DNA from: Leptospira sp.
GTDB taxonomy: Bacteria > Spirochaetota > Leptospiria > Leptospirales > Leptospiraceae
NCBI GenBank assembly: GCA_034439575.1
Contig: JAWXAQ010000027.1
Span: 128,001 to 192,000 of the forward strand
Length of the DNA stretch: 64,000 nt
Direction of reading: 5' to 3'
The number at the start of each line of letters is the position of its first letter. Position 1 is the first letter of the stretch. The notes under the pieces are model-generated. The model saw only the letters and a list, made by a program, of their open reading frames with translations, was not told the DNA's origin and ran no database searches. Below, one piece after another: positions 1 through 11,024 of this stretch. The translations under genes and the position numbers were made by a program.

Positions 1-2
1 TT

Positions 3-263
3 AAAAATATAAATTTAGAATCAAATCGATTTGGTTTTGAACCTGAAATAACTGCAAAGATTGCTAGATTAAAAATTCGAGTGCAAGAATTTCCTATATC
101 ATATTATCCAAGAAATTATTTGGAAGGAAAAAAAATAACTTGGAAGGATGGAGTGGCGGCCCTCCGACATATTTTTTATTTCAATTTGTTTGCTTCGGCA
201 AAAACATTTTTTAAACAGGATATGCCAAAAAAATATATCCCTATTGGCGGGAATTGGCTTTAG
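3..263 (+). CDS. Glycosyltransferase family 2 (DPM1-like), C-terminal part; gene starts before the window
   Basis: Frame open from position 3: KNINLESNRFGFEPEITAKIARLKIRVQEFPISYYPR..EGKKITWKDG, the typical C-terminus of polyprenol-phosphate glycosyltransferases. Confidence 0.85.
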   Translation, partial: KNINLESNRFGFEPEITAKIARLKIRVQEFPISYYPRNYLEGKKITWKDGVAALRHIFYFNLFASAKTFFKQDMPKKYIPIGGNWL

Positions 264-279
264 AACTCAAAGGTAACAA

Positions 280-2277
280 TTGTTTATTTTTTTTCTAAAT
301 TTAATTCTTCTTGTTAATCTCGCTCTTTCTTTTTACAAAAAGAATGCAGATTTCATTGGATATTCTTTTGGTTTATTGATATTAATTTCCATTGCCGAAA
401 GGTTAAAAAAGAAAAAATTAATAAACTTACCAATTTTAAATAATCGCTTATTTCATACATTATTAATATTCAATGTACTAAATTTGATGTCAGTAATGTA
501 TTCAAATGGCTTGGATGCAAAAATTTATAGATTCATTGAGTATGGACAAAGTTTGTTTTTGCTTTTTGTATTTAAATTACCAAGAATCAAAAATTTTAAA
601 AAATTTATACCGCATGTATTGTTAACATATTTATTAATACCACCAGGTTCTATACTTTTAGATACTTCAGGAATTTTGAACTCCTATGCCTTGGTAATCA
701 TTTTTGTAATTTTAATTTTTCTTCTAAGAAATGTTAAGTCAAATATATTCCAATCTGCCTCAATATCATTCTGGATAATGATCGGATCACTGTTTTTTAT
801 TTTACCTGCATTATCAGTCACTTTCAATCCATTAAAGTATAATTTAATTGAATATACCTTTCATTTTGTCTTAAGTTTATTATCTGTTTTAGCATTACTA
901 TCAAGTATTAAAAGGCAGAAAGAATGGCAAAGGTTCTTAACTTTGCTTAATTTCCTTTTTACATTCAAAATAGTTTATATCGCTTATTATCCCGAAACGT
1001 TAGCAACTCGAGGGGGTGTGAATTCAAATTTATTTGCCATATCTTTTGAGTTTTTATTGCTATCAAGTGTTTACTTGGCTCTCGTTAGTCGAGATAAAAT
1101 ATTTCGAATTTCACAATATTTGATTTTTTTTATATTAAGTATCGCTATCTATAAATTGAATTCTAGAACAGCCGCCATTGCAATCATATATGCACTCGCT
1201 TTTGCAATATTATTTTTTCTTTTGATAAAGTCTAATGGTAACAAAAATAGAAAAATAATCTATGCGTTGTTATTGTTTCATTTTATGTTTTTAATTTTAC
1301 TTTTTGTGTATCTTTTTAAATTTTCTCATTTAGATTCAATTTTAATACGCGTTAAATTGTGGAATATCGCACTCACTGGTATTTGCGAAAATCCATACTC
1401 TTTATTAATTGGACTTTCCGATATTGGAAAAATAAATTTATTAAATTTGGTAACACCATTCATCGCGAATGAATTAAAAACATATCCAAATCTATTTGAT
1501 TCTGGTATGTTTCAGACGCATCTTCATAGCGATTACTTAGCATTTCTTTATGGAATAGGTATTCTTGGACTAACATTGTATCTATTATTGATAGTTAGAA
1601 GTTTGATCATTGCTACAAAAAATTCTAATATCAACATGACTTACCTATCCATCATAATCATTATTTCCTTTTCCGTGCATAGTTTAACTGAACCGATATT
1701 TACAAATATTTATACCTCCTTTCTTTTTATACTACCTGTATTGATAATAGATAATAGGAATCATAATGGTGTTAAAAATAATCAACTGGATGGTGGGAAT
1801 AAGAATTTTATACTCTCAATTCTTCTTATTTTTAGCTTAATTTTAGTTATTTATAACATCAAAAATAATTCAATTCTTCGATATTCTTATATAGATTCGC
1901 ATTTTAAAAAAGAAGTCAGAGGTTTTTCTGCATTTGATTCCTCTTTGCAAGACGAAAAAAATAAAGCTCTGAACGAAACAATTAGGCAAATAAATTCAAA
2001 TTCAATGTTAAGGTTTAAAGGAATTGGAATCTTAGAAAATGAAGCAGATATATTTTTAAAATCATATCTATTAAATGGTAACAAAGATTTGATCCACATG
2101 GCAGAACTTCGGTATTGTGAACTATTTAAACGACAACAAATTCCGCGGCATTATAACAATTTAAAAAATTTGTCTAAAATAACAAAAGTCACTTTGATTG
2201 AATTCTGTCAGGAAGAACAAAAGTCTTTCATTCAAAATTATGATAAATATTATTTAATATCAGAAGAGTTTTATTAG
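280..2277 (+). CDS. O-antigen ligase/polymerase (Wzy_C/WaaL)-like polytopic membrane protein
   Basis: Many TM segments; SRTA, SILIRVKLW and HLHSDYL..LYGIGILG motifs resemble O-antigen ligase family; TTG start uncertain. Confidence 0.65.
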   Translation: MFIFFLNLILLVNLALSFYKKNADFIGYSFGLLILISIAERLKKKKLINLPILNNRLFHTLLIFNVLNLMSVMYSNGLDAKIYRFIEYGQSLFLLFVFKLPRIKNFKKFIPHVLLTYLLIPPGSILLDTSGILNSYALVIIFVILIFLLRNVKSNIFQSASISFWIMIGSLFFILPALSVTFNPLKYNLIEYTFHFVLSLLSVLALLSSIKRQKEWQRFLTLLNFLFTFKIVYIAYYPETLATRGGVNSNLFAISFEFLLLSSVYLALVSRDKIFRISQYLIFFILSIAIYKLNSRTAAIAIIYALAFAILFFLLIKSNGNKNRKIIYALLLFHFMFLILLFVYLFKFSHLDSILIRVKLWNIALTGICENPYSLLIGLSDIGKINLLNLVTPFIANELKTYPNLFDSGMFQTHLHSDYLAFLYGIGILGLTLYLLLIVRSLIIATKNSNINMTYLSIIIIISFSVHSLTEPIFTNIYTSFLFILPVLIIDNRNHNGVKNNQLDGGNKNFILSILLIFSLILVIYNIKNNSILRYSYIDSHFKKEVRGFSAFDSSLQDEKNKALNETIRQINSNSMLRFKGIGILENEADIFLKSYLLNGNKDLIHMAELRYCELFKRQQIPRHYNNLKNLSKITKVTLIEFCQEEQKSFIQNYDKYYLISEEFY

Positions 2278-2278
2278 T

Positions 2279-3856
2279 ATGAAAAAATTTATTTCTAATT
2301 ACTATTATTTTTTGATTATAATTGCTTCTTTAGTTTTTCACATTTACTGGTTAGGTGAATTGTCAATTGGTGATGTTCCAGGGCCTGTTGATCCGTTTTT
2401 AAAAACACTCCAAGGGTATTCTTTATTTAATTCCAATTTTACAGATCAAAGTATATATTATCAATTTCGTGATATCGATCCAAATTTTGAATTTTGTTTC
2501 TTTCAAAAAGATATATTCACTTTCCGATTTGAGAATTCACTTTTAGGTCCGTTCCCTGTTTCTTTATCAGCTCTCGTCGCTTTATTGTTATATGTTCTTC
2601 CTATTCAAAATGTCTTTATTTTTTTCGCACTCCTAAATTTAATTTTATATTTGGTCATATTTAAGAAAGTAAAACAAGACATAGCGATCGTTATATTAAT
2701 CTTTTTCGGGTTACCCTTTTTTATCCCAAATTCTGAAGTATCAGAGCATTCACTATTGATTTTCACAGAAATCTTAAGTTACTTTTTAATTCATAAATTT
2801 TTATCAAAAGAATCTGAAAATGGGAAAAAATATTTTATATTTTTGGCTGGAGTTTCTCTCGGATTGGGAATATTTTTTAGACACGAAATATTATTATTTG
2901 GTAATTTATTTTTATGTTCACTTTTTGTTTTTAAATTCATTCCTAAATACAAAAATATAATTCGTTGGAAAGAAATCTTTTTATATTTCCTCGGATTGTA
3001 TTTAACATTTATTCTATTTTTTGTCATGAATAAATATATGTATGGTTCCAGTGTTGGGCCTAGACTAAATGCTAATAGTAGTGGGATTTATTCTGATTTA
3101 TTTAATAAATTTGTATTTTATAAATCTATTTTATGGAAAGAAGGTTCCAATTTTGGCCTGTTTGGTTACAACCCGATCTATATTATAACATTATTAATTT
3201 CAATTGTATATATACGTCATTGGAATGCTAAAGATATTTTATATTTTTTACCTACTCTAGGCTTGATATTCATAGTTCCTCCACTAGCACCTAATGACGG
3301 TGGCTCTCCTTGGGGTGCACGGTATTTATTTTTAACAATATTTCCGCTTGTTATGCTCACTTCCAGATCATTACATTTTTTGTCTTTAAGTGAAAATAAA
3401 TATTACATCTGGATTTTTCGAATTCTTATAATTTTCTCTGTGATTCAAACTACCATTAGTGAGAGAAGAAGTTTGAAAGCTGCGAAAGAAGTTTCGATTC
3501 AACAAAAAAATTACATCTCTGAAACAGCAGTGGAAGAGGCTGATTTAATCATATTTACAAGCGAACTTATTGCGATGCAGACAGGTATAAATTATATAAA
3601 ATTTCCATCTATATTAGTAAATCATGAAAATAAGATACCTTCATTGAGGCAAAAAATTCTTTTTGATAAAAATAAATTTAAAAAAATAGTTATTGTCGAA
3701 CCTATTTTGGACAATATTAATTTATCGAAATTTTCTGAATCTGATTTGGCTGGAATTAAGCCTTCAAATATCTTAAGTTATTTTGATAAAAATTTTGAAA
3801 AAATGACTATAGAACGAAAAAAATTGGTCATACTTCATCATTATATAAACCAATGA
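2279..3856 (+). CDS. Putative GT-C-fold glycosyltransferase (LA_3751/LA_3752-like), paralogue 1
   Basis: Polytopic; DPFLKTLQ, IDP, FP, RHE, GPR, WGARY motifs shared with three other ORFs here. Confidence 0.65.
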   Translation: MKKFISNYYYFLIIIASLVFHIYWLGELSIGDVPGPVDPFLKTLQGYSLFNSNFTDQSIYYQFRDIDPNFEFCFFQKDIFTFRFENSLLGPFPVSLSALVALLLYVLPIQNVFIFFALLNLILYLVIFKKVKQDIAIVILIFFGLPFFIPNSEVSEHSLLIFTEILSYFLIHKFLSKESENGKKYFIFLAGVSLGLGIFFRHEILLFGNLFLCSLFVFKFIPKYKNIIRWKEIFLYFLGLYLTFILFFVMNKYMYGSSVGPRLNANSSGIYSDLFNKFVFYKSILWKEGSNFGLFGYNPIYIITLLISIVYIRHWNAKDILYFLPTLGLIFIVPPLAPNDGGSPWGARYLFLTIFPLVMLTSRSLHFLSLSENKYYIWIFRILIIFSVIQTTISERRSLKAAKEVSIQQKNYISETAVEEADLIIFTSELIAMQTGINYIKFPSILVNHENKIPSLRQKILFDKNKFKKIVIVEPILDNINLSKFSESDLAGIKPSNILSYFDKNFEKMTIERKKLVILHHYINQ

Positions 3857-5430
3857 ACTTTAAAAAATTTGTTAACTATTTACCTTATTTGTTTTATATC
3901 ATATTAGTAATTTATATGATTCAATTTCGATATAAATTGGATCGATACGGATCCTATTTTACTAGCGATGGGGCAATAAAGATATTCCAAACAGTTCAGT
4001 ATAAAGAGAACGGTTTTTTAAGTTTAGAGTGTCTATATCCTGGGAAATCATTGGACCTTGATTTTAAAAATTATCCTATTTCTTATCCTTGGGCAATTTT
4101 TTCAGATGAATTAGGGAAAGAAAAATGTGTATTGGAATATCCTCCATTTTTTTATTGGTTAGGTTCTTTGTTATTATATGTTATCCCCGTAAGTTTATTG
4201 TTATATTTACCTATACTTTTCTATTCATTTGCAATTTTTTATTTTGATAAAATTTTACAAAGTATTGGGTTTGTTTCACTTTTTCGTATATTCATTGTCA
4301 TCTTATCCTTTTTTAGTTTTCCATTGTTAACATCTTTGGATTATACAGAGAGTCCATTATTTATTTGTTTTTATCTCGCTGGTTTTCATGGGATAACTAA
4401 AGTTACAAGGAAAGACTTCCAATTCAATTTGTATCAACTATTAGGAATTGGCGGATTCTTTGGTCTAGCATTCCTGCTTAGATTAGAAGTTTTAATTCCT
4501 TTTGCTTTTCTATTAAGTTTATTTTTGTTATCTTATAAAGAAATTAAACCATTTATATTGGTAAGCATAGGTTTTTTATTAGTTAGTTTATTTTTTGTTT
4601 TATATAATCTCAAAGTTTCTGGGCATCCACTAGGATTTAGATATGTATCTTCTATAGATCAAAACCAAAATTCAAATTCAGATTTTGTGGATCGATTACT
4701 ATTGCTAAAGGCCTACCTTTGGGGTGATAAGGTGATGGTTGGAATTTTTCAGTTTAACCCTGTTGTCTATTTTCTTTTGATAGGTTCTTTATTTTTAAGA
4801 TTATTAAATGGAAATAATAAATCTGGAAATTTATTTTTATTTGCAGGCCTAATGTCAATTATATGTATCCCCTTTTATGTAACATTTTATGGCGGTGTGG
4901 GATATTTTGGTTTAAGATATTTGGAGGCTCCTTATTTTTTAATCGTCATAGGTTTTGGATATTATGCTCAAGCACTCAACAAATTTAGAAAAACTTCAAT
5001 AAAATTTGCACTATTTGTTTTTTTTGGAATTATTTTTTATTTTAATTTGCTTACGACAAGAGAGGGTCTCAAAGTTTTACGGAGTTCTTCTGTAGATTTG
5101 TCTACCTTACATAAAAGTTTTGATAGAGCAGAGAGATTTGTGATACATACATCTCTGTACAGTTCTATCTGGATGGGAAAATCTTTTTTAGAAAAAATTC
5201 ATGTTTTAACAACAACTACAGATTCGTTCCATCAATATTTATCAAATATTAAAAAGGGAGAAGAGTTTGTTGTCTTAGAGACTTCTAAAAATATATATAT
5301 TTCTTCTGATATACCTGAAAAATTACACAATAAGTATTTAACGTCCGTTAATATTAAATCAGATAAAATTGAAATATTAGAAGAATCTGAGATTTTTGGA
5401 ATGAAACGATATGTTGCCAAAAAGAAATAA
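3853..5430 (+). CDS. Putative GT-C-fold glycosyltransferase (LA_3751/LA_3752-like), paralogue 2
   Basis: DGAIKIFQ, YPP, RLE, GFR, GLRY motifs; ATGA overlap with upstream gene. Confidence 0.65.
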   Translation: MNFKKFVNYLPYLFYIILVIYMIQFRYKLDRYGSYFTSDGAIKIFQTVQYKENGFLSLECLYPGKSLDLDFKNYPISYPWAIFSDELGKEKCVLEYPPFFYWLGSLLLYVIPVSLLLYLPILFYSFAIFYFDKILQSIGFVSLFRIFIVILSFFSFPLLTSLDYTESPLFICFYLAGFHGITKVTRKDFQFNLYQLLGIGGFFGLAFLLRLEVLIPFAFLLSLFLLSYKEIKPFILVSIGFLLVSLFFVLYNLKVSGHPLGFRYVSSIDQNQNSNSDFVDRLLLLKAYLWGDKVMVGIFQFNPVVYFLLIGSLFLRLLNGNNKSGNLFLFAGLMSIICIPFYVTFYGGVGYFGLRYLEAPYFLIVIGFGYYAQALNKFRKTSIKFALFVFFGIIFYFNLLTTREGLKVLRSSSVDLSTLHKSFDRAERFVIHTSLYSSIWMGKSFLEKIHVLTTTTDSFHQYLSNIKKGEEFVVLETSKNIYISSDIPEKLHNKYLTSVNIKSDKIEILEESEIFGMKRYVAKKK

Positions 5431-5436
5431 AGTATC

Positions 5437-6915
5437 ATGAAGCTTTTAACAAAATTAAAAATAAATATTCCTACTTTGGTTGCTTTCTTTTTATTTTTTT
5501 TTGGTATTTCTTTTCGATTTTATCATTTTAATCATCTGAGTTATTGGTTTGATGAATTGTTTTCTATTACAACATCTTCGAAAAATATACTAGATTTTTT
5601 GAATGAAATGACAAGGGAAACCAATCCCGCATTTTACCAATTTGTTTTGTATATTTGGATTAAGATTTTTGGCAACTCTCCAGAAAGCGGACGTTTTTTA
5701 AGCGCTCTATTTGGTTCAATAACCTTACCTATAACTTACTTTTTAGCGAAAAAAATATCTGATCAAAAAATAGCATTAAATACATTACTATTTTTGGTTT
5801 TTTCATCTGGAGCTATATATTATTCTCAAGAAACACGCGCCTATTCTTTGTTAATTCTCTTGAGTTCTGTTACTTTTTTTTATTGGTTAGAAATATTAAA
5901 AAATTCTGAGTCGAATCTTTCTTTTTGGTCTTTTTTTATATTCTCATTATTAACTGAACATACACATTATTTTGGTTTTATATTCATTCAGACGATGTGG
6001 GTTTATTTGTTTGTTTCAAAATGTTTTTTACATAAAAAAGTTTACTTTCGAATTTTATTTTATTACTTTTTAGTATGTCTGTTCTTTTTACCCGAAATAT
6101 ATAAATTGATTTTTATAGTTCCAGAATTAACAAACGTTAATTGGATTCCGAAACCTAATTTCGAAATATATATTCACTTTTTTTCCTATATCTACTATTT
6201 TATTTCTTATAAAAAGATTCCAATATTAGTTCTATTTTTGTTAACACTGGTATTACCTATTTATCCTTTGTATCAAAATAGAAAAAAAATAAAATTCAAC
6301 TTTAGTCTAAATCTTTTTTGTGATATGCGAGTAGCCACATTGTTCCTTATACTATCGCTTTTATTATCGACATTTTTGATATCACAAATAAAACCTATGG
6401 TGACTTCGAGAAATCTTTTGGTTTTACTAGTCCCTATTTATTTTATAATTAGTGTTTGGTTATCAAATTCTGAAATATTAAAAGGAGTGCGAAGTCATTT
6501 ATTAGTTTTAGTATTGACCGTTCTTTCTTTCTTATCATTTGCAAAATATTATTATAAAGATTTTATGAAAGAACCATGGCGAGACGTTTCCTCTTATGCA
6601 ATAGAGAAGGCAGGAAAAAATGGTTATATTTTTACTTATCAATTTCCAGCTTATATTGATTATTATTTAGTGGATGTTTTTAAAAATAAACCCAGCATAA
6701 AAGTTGGATTGTCAAAGGAAGATACTTTGGAATTTTTGAAAATAGCCAAAAGCAAAAAAATTGAAAATATAGTATTTATCGAAACGAATTGGGACAACAG
6801 TAAAGAAGAGCGATACAACAAACAAAAAGAAAATTTGGAAATTCTAAAATCATACTCTAAACAAGTTACCATAAAGAGCTTTATTATCATGCAAGTATAT
6901 CATTTTGAGATTTAA
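5437..6915 (+). CDS. ArnT/PMT-like (GT39/GT83-type) membrane glycosyltransferase
   Basis: SYWFDE, NPAFY, RFLSALFG, YSQETRAYSL motifs; polytopic. Confidence 0.75.
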   Translation: MKLLTKLKINIPTLVAFFLFFFGISFRFYHFNHLSYWFDELFSITTSSKNILDFLNEMTRETNPAFYQFVLYIWIKIFGNSPESGRFLSALFGSITLPITYFLAKKISDQKIALNTLLFLVFSSGAIYYSQETRAYSLLILLSSVTFFYWLEILKNSESNLSFWSFFIFSLLTEHTHYFGFIFIQTMWVYLFVSKCFLHKKVYFRILFYYFLVCLFFLPEIYKLIFIVPELTNVNWIPKPNFEIYIHFFSYIYYFISYKKIPILVLFLLTLVLPIYPLYQNRKKIKFNFSLNLFCDMRVATLFLILSLLLSTFLISQIKPMVTSRNLLVLLVPIYFIISVWLSNSEILKGVRSHLLVLVLTVLSFLSFAKYYYKDFMKEPWRDVSSYAIEKAGKNGYIFTYQFPAYIDYYLVDVFKNKPSIKVGLSKEDTLEFLKIAKSKKIENIVFIETNWDNSKEERYNKQKENLEILKSYSKQVTIKSFIIMQVYHFEI

Positions 6916-6920
6916 ATAAT

Positions 6921-8054
6921 ATGTACACACTGATTTTACCTACCTACAATGAGAAAGAAAATCTCAAAGTTTATCTACCAAAGTTAGAAACTCTATTTCA
7001 TTTAAATAACATAGATTATGAGATCATTATTGTTGATGACGATTCTCCTGATCGAACATGGGAATGGGTTCAAGAGTATGGAATCAAAAATCAAAATGTT
7101 CGAGTGATCCGGCGCATTCAGGAAAAAGGGTTATCGAGTGCTGTTCTCACGGGAATGGCTTCCGCCAGGGGAAAGTATTTGGGCGTTATGGATGCAGATA
7201 TGCAACATGATGAATCCATTATTCCTAAAATGTTAGAAGCCCTAAAAGAAAATGATTTAGTGATAGGTTCAAGGCGAGTAGGGGATGGAAGTTATGGGGA
7301 AATGAATTTGTTTCGTCGTATATTAAGTTTCGGTGCGACGATTTTAGCAAAGATACTTCTACCAATCCCATCAACAGATCCAATGAGTGGTTTTTTTGTT
7401 TTGAAACGTGAAGTATTTGAAAATTCAAAAGATAAATTAAATCCACTTGGCTTTAAAATTTTATTAGAATTCTTAGCAAAGAATCCTAAAATAAAAGTTA
7501 TGGAAGTGGGATATTCTTTCCGTAAACGAGAGTTTGGTGAAACTAAACTCTCTGGAATTGTTATGCAACAATATTTATTTGCACTAATTGATCTTAGATT
7601 CGGAAAATATTTTTCGTCTGAATTTGTAAAATATGGAATTATCGGATTTACTGGAGTTTTCGTAAATTTAGTAGGGCAATGGTTGTATGTGAATGTCTCC
7701 GATTATTCAAATCCAAATTCAGAAATGTCCAAAATATTAATTCCCTCATTTGCAGTCGCTTTTGGCTTTGAAGTTAGTGTGATCAGTAATTATATTTTGA
7801 ACAACCAATGGACTTTTGCGAGTAAACGTAAAACGAAAGTTAAAGAATTCATCTTTGGTCTTTTCAAATTTAACTTTGTAAGTCTCGTTGGATTTTTTAT
7901 ACAATATTCATGTTGGTTATTTATATTTCAATTTTGCAATACGTATTATCCAGAATTTTTCCCGAACTATATAACTTATATAGCTAATTTAATTGGAATT
8001 TTAATCGCAACTGTGACAAACTATCAATTGAACAGGTCCTATACTTGGGATTAG
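6921..8054 (+). CDS. Polyprenol-phosphate glycosyltransferase (GT2, DPM1-like) fused to C-terminal GtrA-like domain
   Basis: PTYNE, VDDDSPD, MDADMQHD, DPMSGFF, R..GETKL; C-terminal FVKYGIIG...SNYILNNQWTF...NYQLNRSYTW is GtrA-like. Confidence 0.85.
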   Translation: MYTLILPTYNEKENLKVYLPKLETLFHLNNIDYEIIIVDDDSPDRTWEWVQEYGIKNQNVRVIRRIQEKGLSSAVLTGMASARGKYLGVMDADMQHDESIIPKMLEALKENDLVIGSRRVGDGSYGEMNLFRRILSFGATILAKILLPIPSTDPMSGFFVLKREVFENSKDKLNPLGFKILLEFLAKNPKIKVMEVGYSFRKREFGETKLSGIVMQQYLFALIDLRFGKYFSSEFVKYGIIGFTGVFVNLVGQWLYVNVSDYSNPNSEMSKILIPSFAVAFGFEVSVISNYILNNQWTFASKRKTKVKEFIFGLFKFNFVSLVGFFIQYSCWLFIFQFCNTYYPEFFPNYITYIANLIGILIATVTNYQLNRSYTWD

Positions 8055-8066
8055 TTTATAATTTTA

Positions 8067-9524
8067 ATGAAAAAAGTTTTATTCTTTTACCTTGGGCTAG
8101 TGAGTTTCACGCTATTTTTACTAGTTCATAGTCCAGCAGGTTTACTTCAAGATAGTGTATACAAATATTTCCAGACGATTGATTATTTAGATTCAGGAAA
8201 AATAGATTTTTCAATTCACAATCATAATTATGAAATCGATCCGGAAAATGAATTTGGGATTTTTAAACCTCCATTTGCACATTTGATCCACGGAAAGATT
8301 TTTATGACTTTCCCTTGGCTATGGGTGTATCTCAATGCACCACTTTTTTCTATATTAAATTTTTATGCCATTTATCTAATTCCGATTTTTTCTGGAATAT
8401 TATCAATTGTCGCATTACGTTTCTTAATGATACAATTGTTTGATAATGATACTCTTATAGAAAAAAGTTTATTGTTTTATGTTTTAGGAACAGCTTTATC
8501 TATCTATTCGGTTTGGTATTATGAAGGCAATTTGTGCAATTTACTATTATACACATTTTTAATATTCCAAATAAAGTCATCCGTGAGAGAAAGCTATTTG
8601 ATTCTTACTTTTGAAATTTTAGCTTCTTTATTAATCCTGAATATTCTAATCATATTGAGAACAGAAGTTTATTTTTTGGCAATCTTGTATTTGTTTGCAA
8701 TAAAGATGGATTCAAAGAAAAATTTGATTTCAAACTTGCATTTTTTTCTATTATATACATTTATTCCATTATTTATTTACATATATTCGAATAGTTTAAT
8801 ATGGGATACTCCGCAGGGATTACGATTTCTTGTGACGAATAGTTTTACTTTTGGTGACCGAATCCTTCGTATCTTTGAATACTTTTTCTTTGCAAAATAT
8901 TCCCTATTAGTTTATCTTCCCACATTTTTTTTAACTTTAATTTTTTTCAGGGATTTAAAAACAAATTTTAGAAATACACTTTTTAGATTTTATTTAGCTT
9001 CCTTGGTTTTTATGATCATTCTTCCTTTTGTATCACCACAGCAACAAGGTAGTGATTTAGTTCCGAGGTTTTTTTTCCCAGTGATTCCCATATTAGTTCT
9101 CTGCATTCTATATGTTATTTATGAAAAATTTCCGAACAATAAACATATATTAGAACTCTTTTTATATGTACCAGCTCTCTCAATCGTTGCTTTTAGTTTA
9201 TTTTTAATTCTATTTTTTAATCGAAGTATGGATGCACTTTACAAAAAAATTGCACCATTTAACGGAGATCAAATTATAGTTTCTAGTGAAATTATAGGTC
9301 ACCTGGTTCAGAATGCTGAAAAACGATCTGTTTATTATGCCCCAGATATGGAAAGATTGGAGTCTCTCTATTCCAAAGAGAAAATAGCAAAAAATAGAAA
9401 TATTTATTTTTTATATTCAAAGATAAATAAATTTAATTTTACTAGTTCGTATCTAAAAAGTAATTTTAAGAAAATTACTGATATAGGCGAAGTGATAGTT
9501 TATAAAAGAAAAATTAGAAATTAG
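8067..9524 (+). CDS. Putative GT-C-fold glycosyltransferase (LA_3751/LA_3752-like), paralogue 3
   Basis: DSVYKYFQ, EIDP, FPW, RTE, GLR, PRFF motifs. Confidence 0.6.
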   Translation: MKKVLFFYLGLVSFTLFLLVHSPAGLLQDSVYKYFQTIDYLDSGKIDFSIHNHNYEIDPENEFGIFKPPFAHLIHGKIFMTFPWLWVYLNAPLFSILNFYAIYLIPIFSGILSIVALRFLMIQLFDNDTLIEKSLLFYVLGTALSIYSVWYYEGNLCNLLLYTFLIFQIKSSVRESYLILTFEILASLLILNILIILRTEVYFLAILYLFAIKMDSKKNLISNLHFFLLYTFIPLFIYIYSNSLIWDTPQGLRFLVTNSFTFGDRILRIFEYFFFAKYSLLVYLPTFFLTLIFFRDLKTNFRNTLFRFYLASLVFMIILPFVSPQQQGSDLVPRFFFPVIPILVLCILYVIYEKFPNNKHILELFLYVPALSIVAFSLFLILFFNRSMDALYKKIAPFNGDQIIVSSEIIGHLVQNAEKRSVYYAPDMERLESLYSKEKIAKNRNIYFLYSKINKFNFTSSYLKSNFKKITDIGEVIVYKRKIRN

Positions 9525-10995
9525 TTTTTGTTATTCTTTTTTCTAGCCAAATTGTTATAAACAATCTTCTAAATTTGGTTAGGGTATAAATATTCAAAAG
9601 TAGTGGAATTAGGAAAAGGCCAATTTGTATAAAGGAACTCACTTCATTTTTTGGTATAAATTCGCTTTTTAAAAATAGTTTCATGAAATAGGCGGGTATA
9701 AAAGAAAGAAATGTGATAAGGAAACAAACTATTTTTTTCTCCGTTGGATGGGATTCTATAAAATAAAAACTTTGTGTTGTTAAATTAAATTTCGGCTGAG
9801 TCCATTCTCTAACCTTTATAAAAGGTTTCTCTATTATATAGTAACTAATAAGTGCGATTAAAAAACTGACTAAAAGACTAAAGATTGAAGCCATAAAAAT
9901 TTCATAGATTCCATTATTATCAAAATTAACGTAATCGAAAATTTTAATCATTACGACTGCACTCACATACATATGAATTAAATAGATACCATAACTCAAT
10001 TTTCCGAAACAAACTATCAAAACATTTGATAAAAGTTTCCTAATATATCTAAAGTATCCTTGAATCGTTCCGTAAGTGATAAGGAAAGCTAACATGGTGA
10101 AGTTGGTAATTCGAAAAACTACAAAATAAAATCTATTTTCTTCATAAGTAAAACCAAAAGAACAAATATATAAGGCTAGTGTTAACAAAAATACGATAAA
10201 AAATTTCGTGGGATTTATATATTTTGCTAATGTTTGTTTATCTATTTTGATGATTTCCATCAGTAAAATTCCTGCAAGGAAAGAATCGAAATGAGTGTGG
10301 ATAGGATGAAAAACTTTATATAAATAATCTTCACTGTTTTCTATAGGAACGTAAAAATAATAATAAGTTCTGATAAGAATAGGTAGAAATAATAGCAAAA
10401 CTAAAGTTAGTATTTTTCCAAACTTCGTCTTTAGATACTTGGCATATAAAAAAATGAAAAGGGGCATGGCTATATAGAATTGTTCTTCCATGGATAAGGA
10501 CCATCCATGGATATGCAATCGGTCTGTAAAATAGTTTGAAATATAAAAGGCATCTACCCACCAATTGTTAAGCCTGCTTTGCATCGCAGGAATTCCATCG
10601 GCCATAATTCCTAAATTGATACCTTGTTTGGCGGCCTGAATGGTTAGGCTCATAAGAACGATCGTAAATCCAACCAAAACATAAAGCGGTGGAAAAATAC
10701 GAAACGAGCGTTTGAGAAAAAAATTCTTCCAGCTTTTTAAAAAACCAAATTTTGATAATTCGTTTGTAAATGAATAGGAAATCAAAAAAGAACTAATAAC
10801 AAAAAAAAGATCCATTAGCATTTCAAAATTTTGAACACCAGCTTTGTAATTTTGAAAGTACTTAGGTAAAAAACCAAGACTTGATGTAAAACAATGGTAT
10901 GCAATTACGATATAACAGCCGATTGCCCTAATACCATAAAGTTCGTTTATTTCTTTCGGATTGATTTTGAAAATTTCTAAAAAGTATTCTTTCAT
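9514..10995 (-). CDS. Acyltransferase family 3 (OafA/YrhL-like) membrane O-acyltransferase
   Basis: GIRA..YH, DLFFVISSFLI, KRSFRIFP, HGWSLSMEEQFY, GKLSYGIYLIH motifs. Confidence 0.85.
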   Translation of the reverse strand: MKEYFLEIFKINPKEINELYGIRAIGCYIVIAYHCFTSSLGFLPKYFQNYKAGVQNFEMLMDLFFVISSFLISYSFTNELSKFGFLKSWKNFFLKRSFRIFPPLYVLVGFTIVLMSLTIQAAKQGINLGIMADGIPAMQSRLNNWWVDAFYISNYFTDRLHIHGWSLSMEEQFYIAMPLFIFLYAKYLKTKFGKILTLVLLLFLPILIRTYYYFYVPIENSEDYLYKVFHPIHTHFDSFLAGILLMEIIKIDKQTLAKYINPTKFFIVFLLTLALYICSFGFTYEENRFYFVVFRITNFTMLAFLITYGTIQGYFRYIRKLLSNVLIVCFGKLSYGIYLIHMYVSAVVMIKIFDYVNFDNNGIYEIFMASIFSLLVSFLIALISYYIIEKPFIKVREWTQPKFNLTTQSFYFIESHPTEKKIVCFLITFLSFIPAYFMKLFLKSEFIPKNEVSSFIQIGLFLIPLLLNIYTLTKFRRLFITIWLEKRITKTNF

Positions 10996-11024
10996 TTGAA
11001 AATTATTTTTTGTTATTTTTTGTT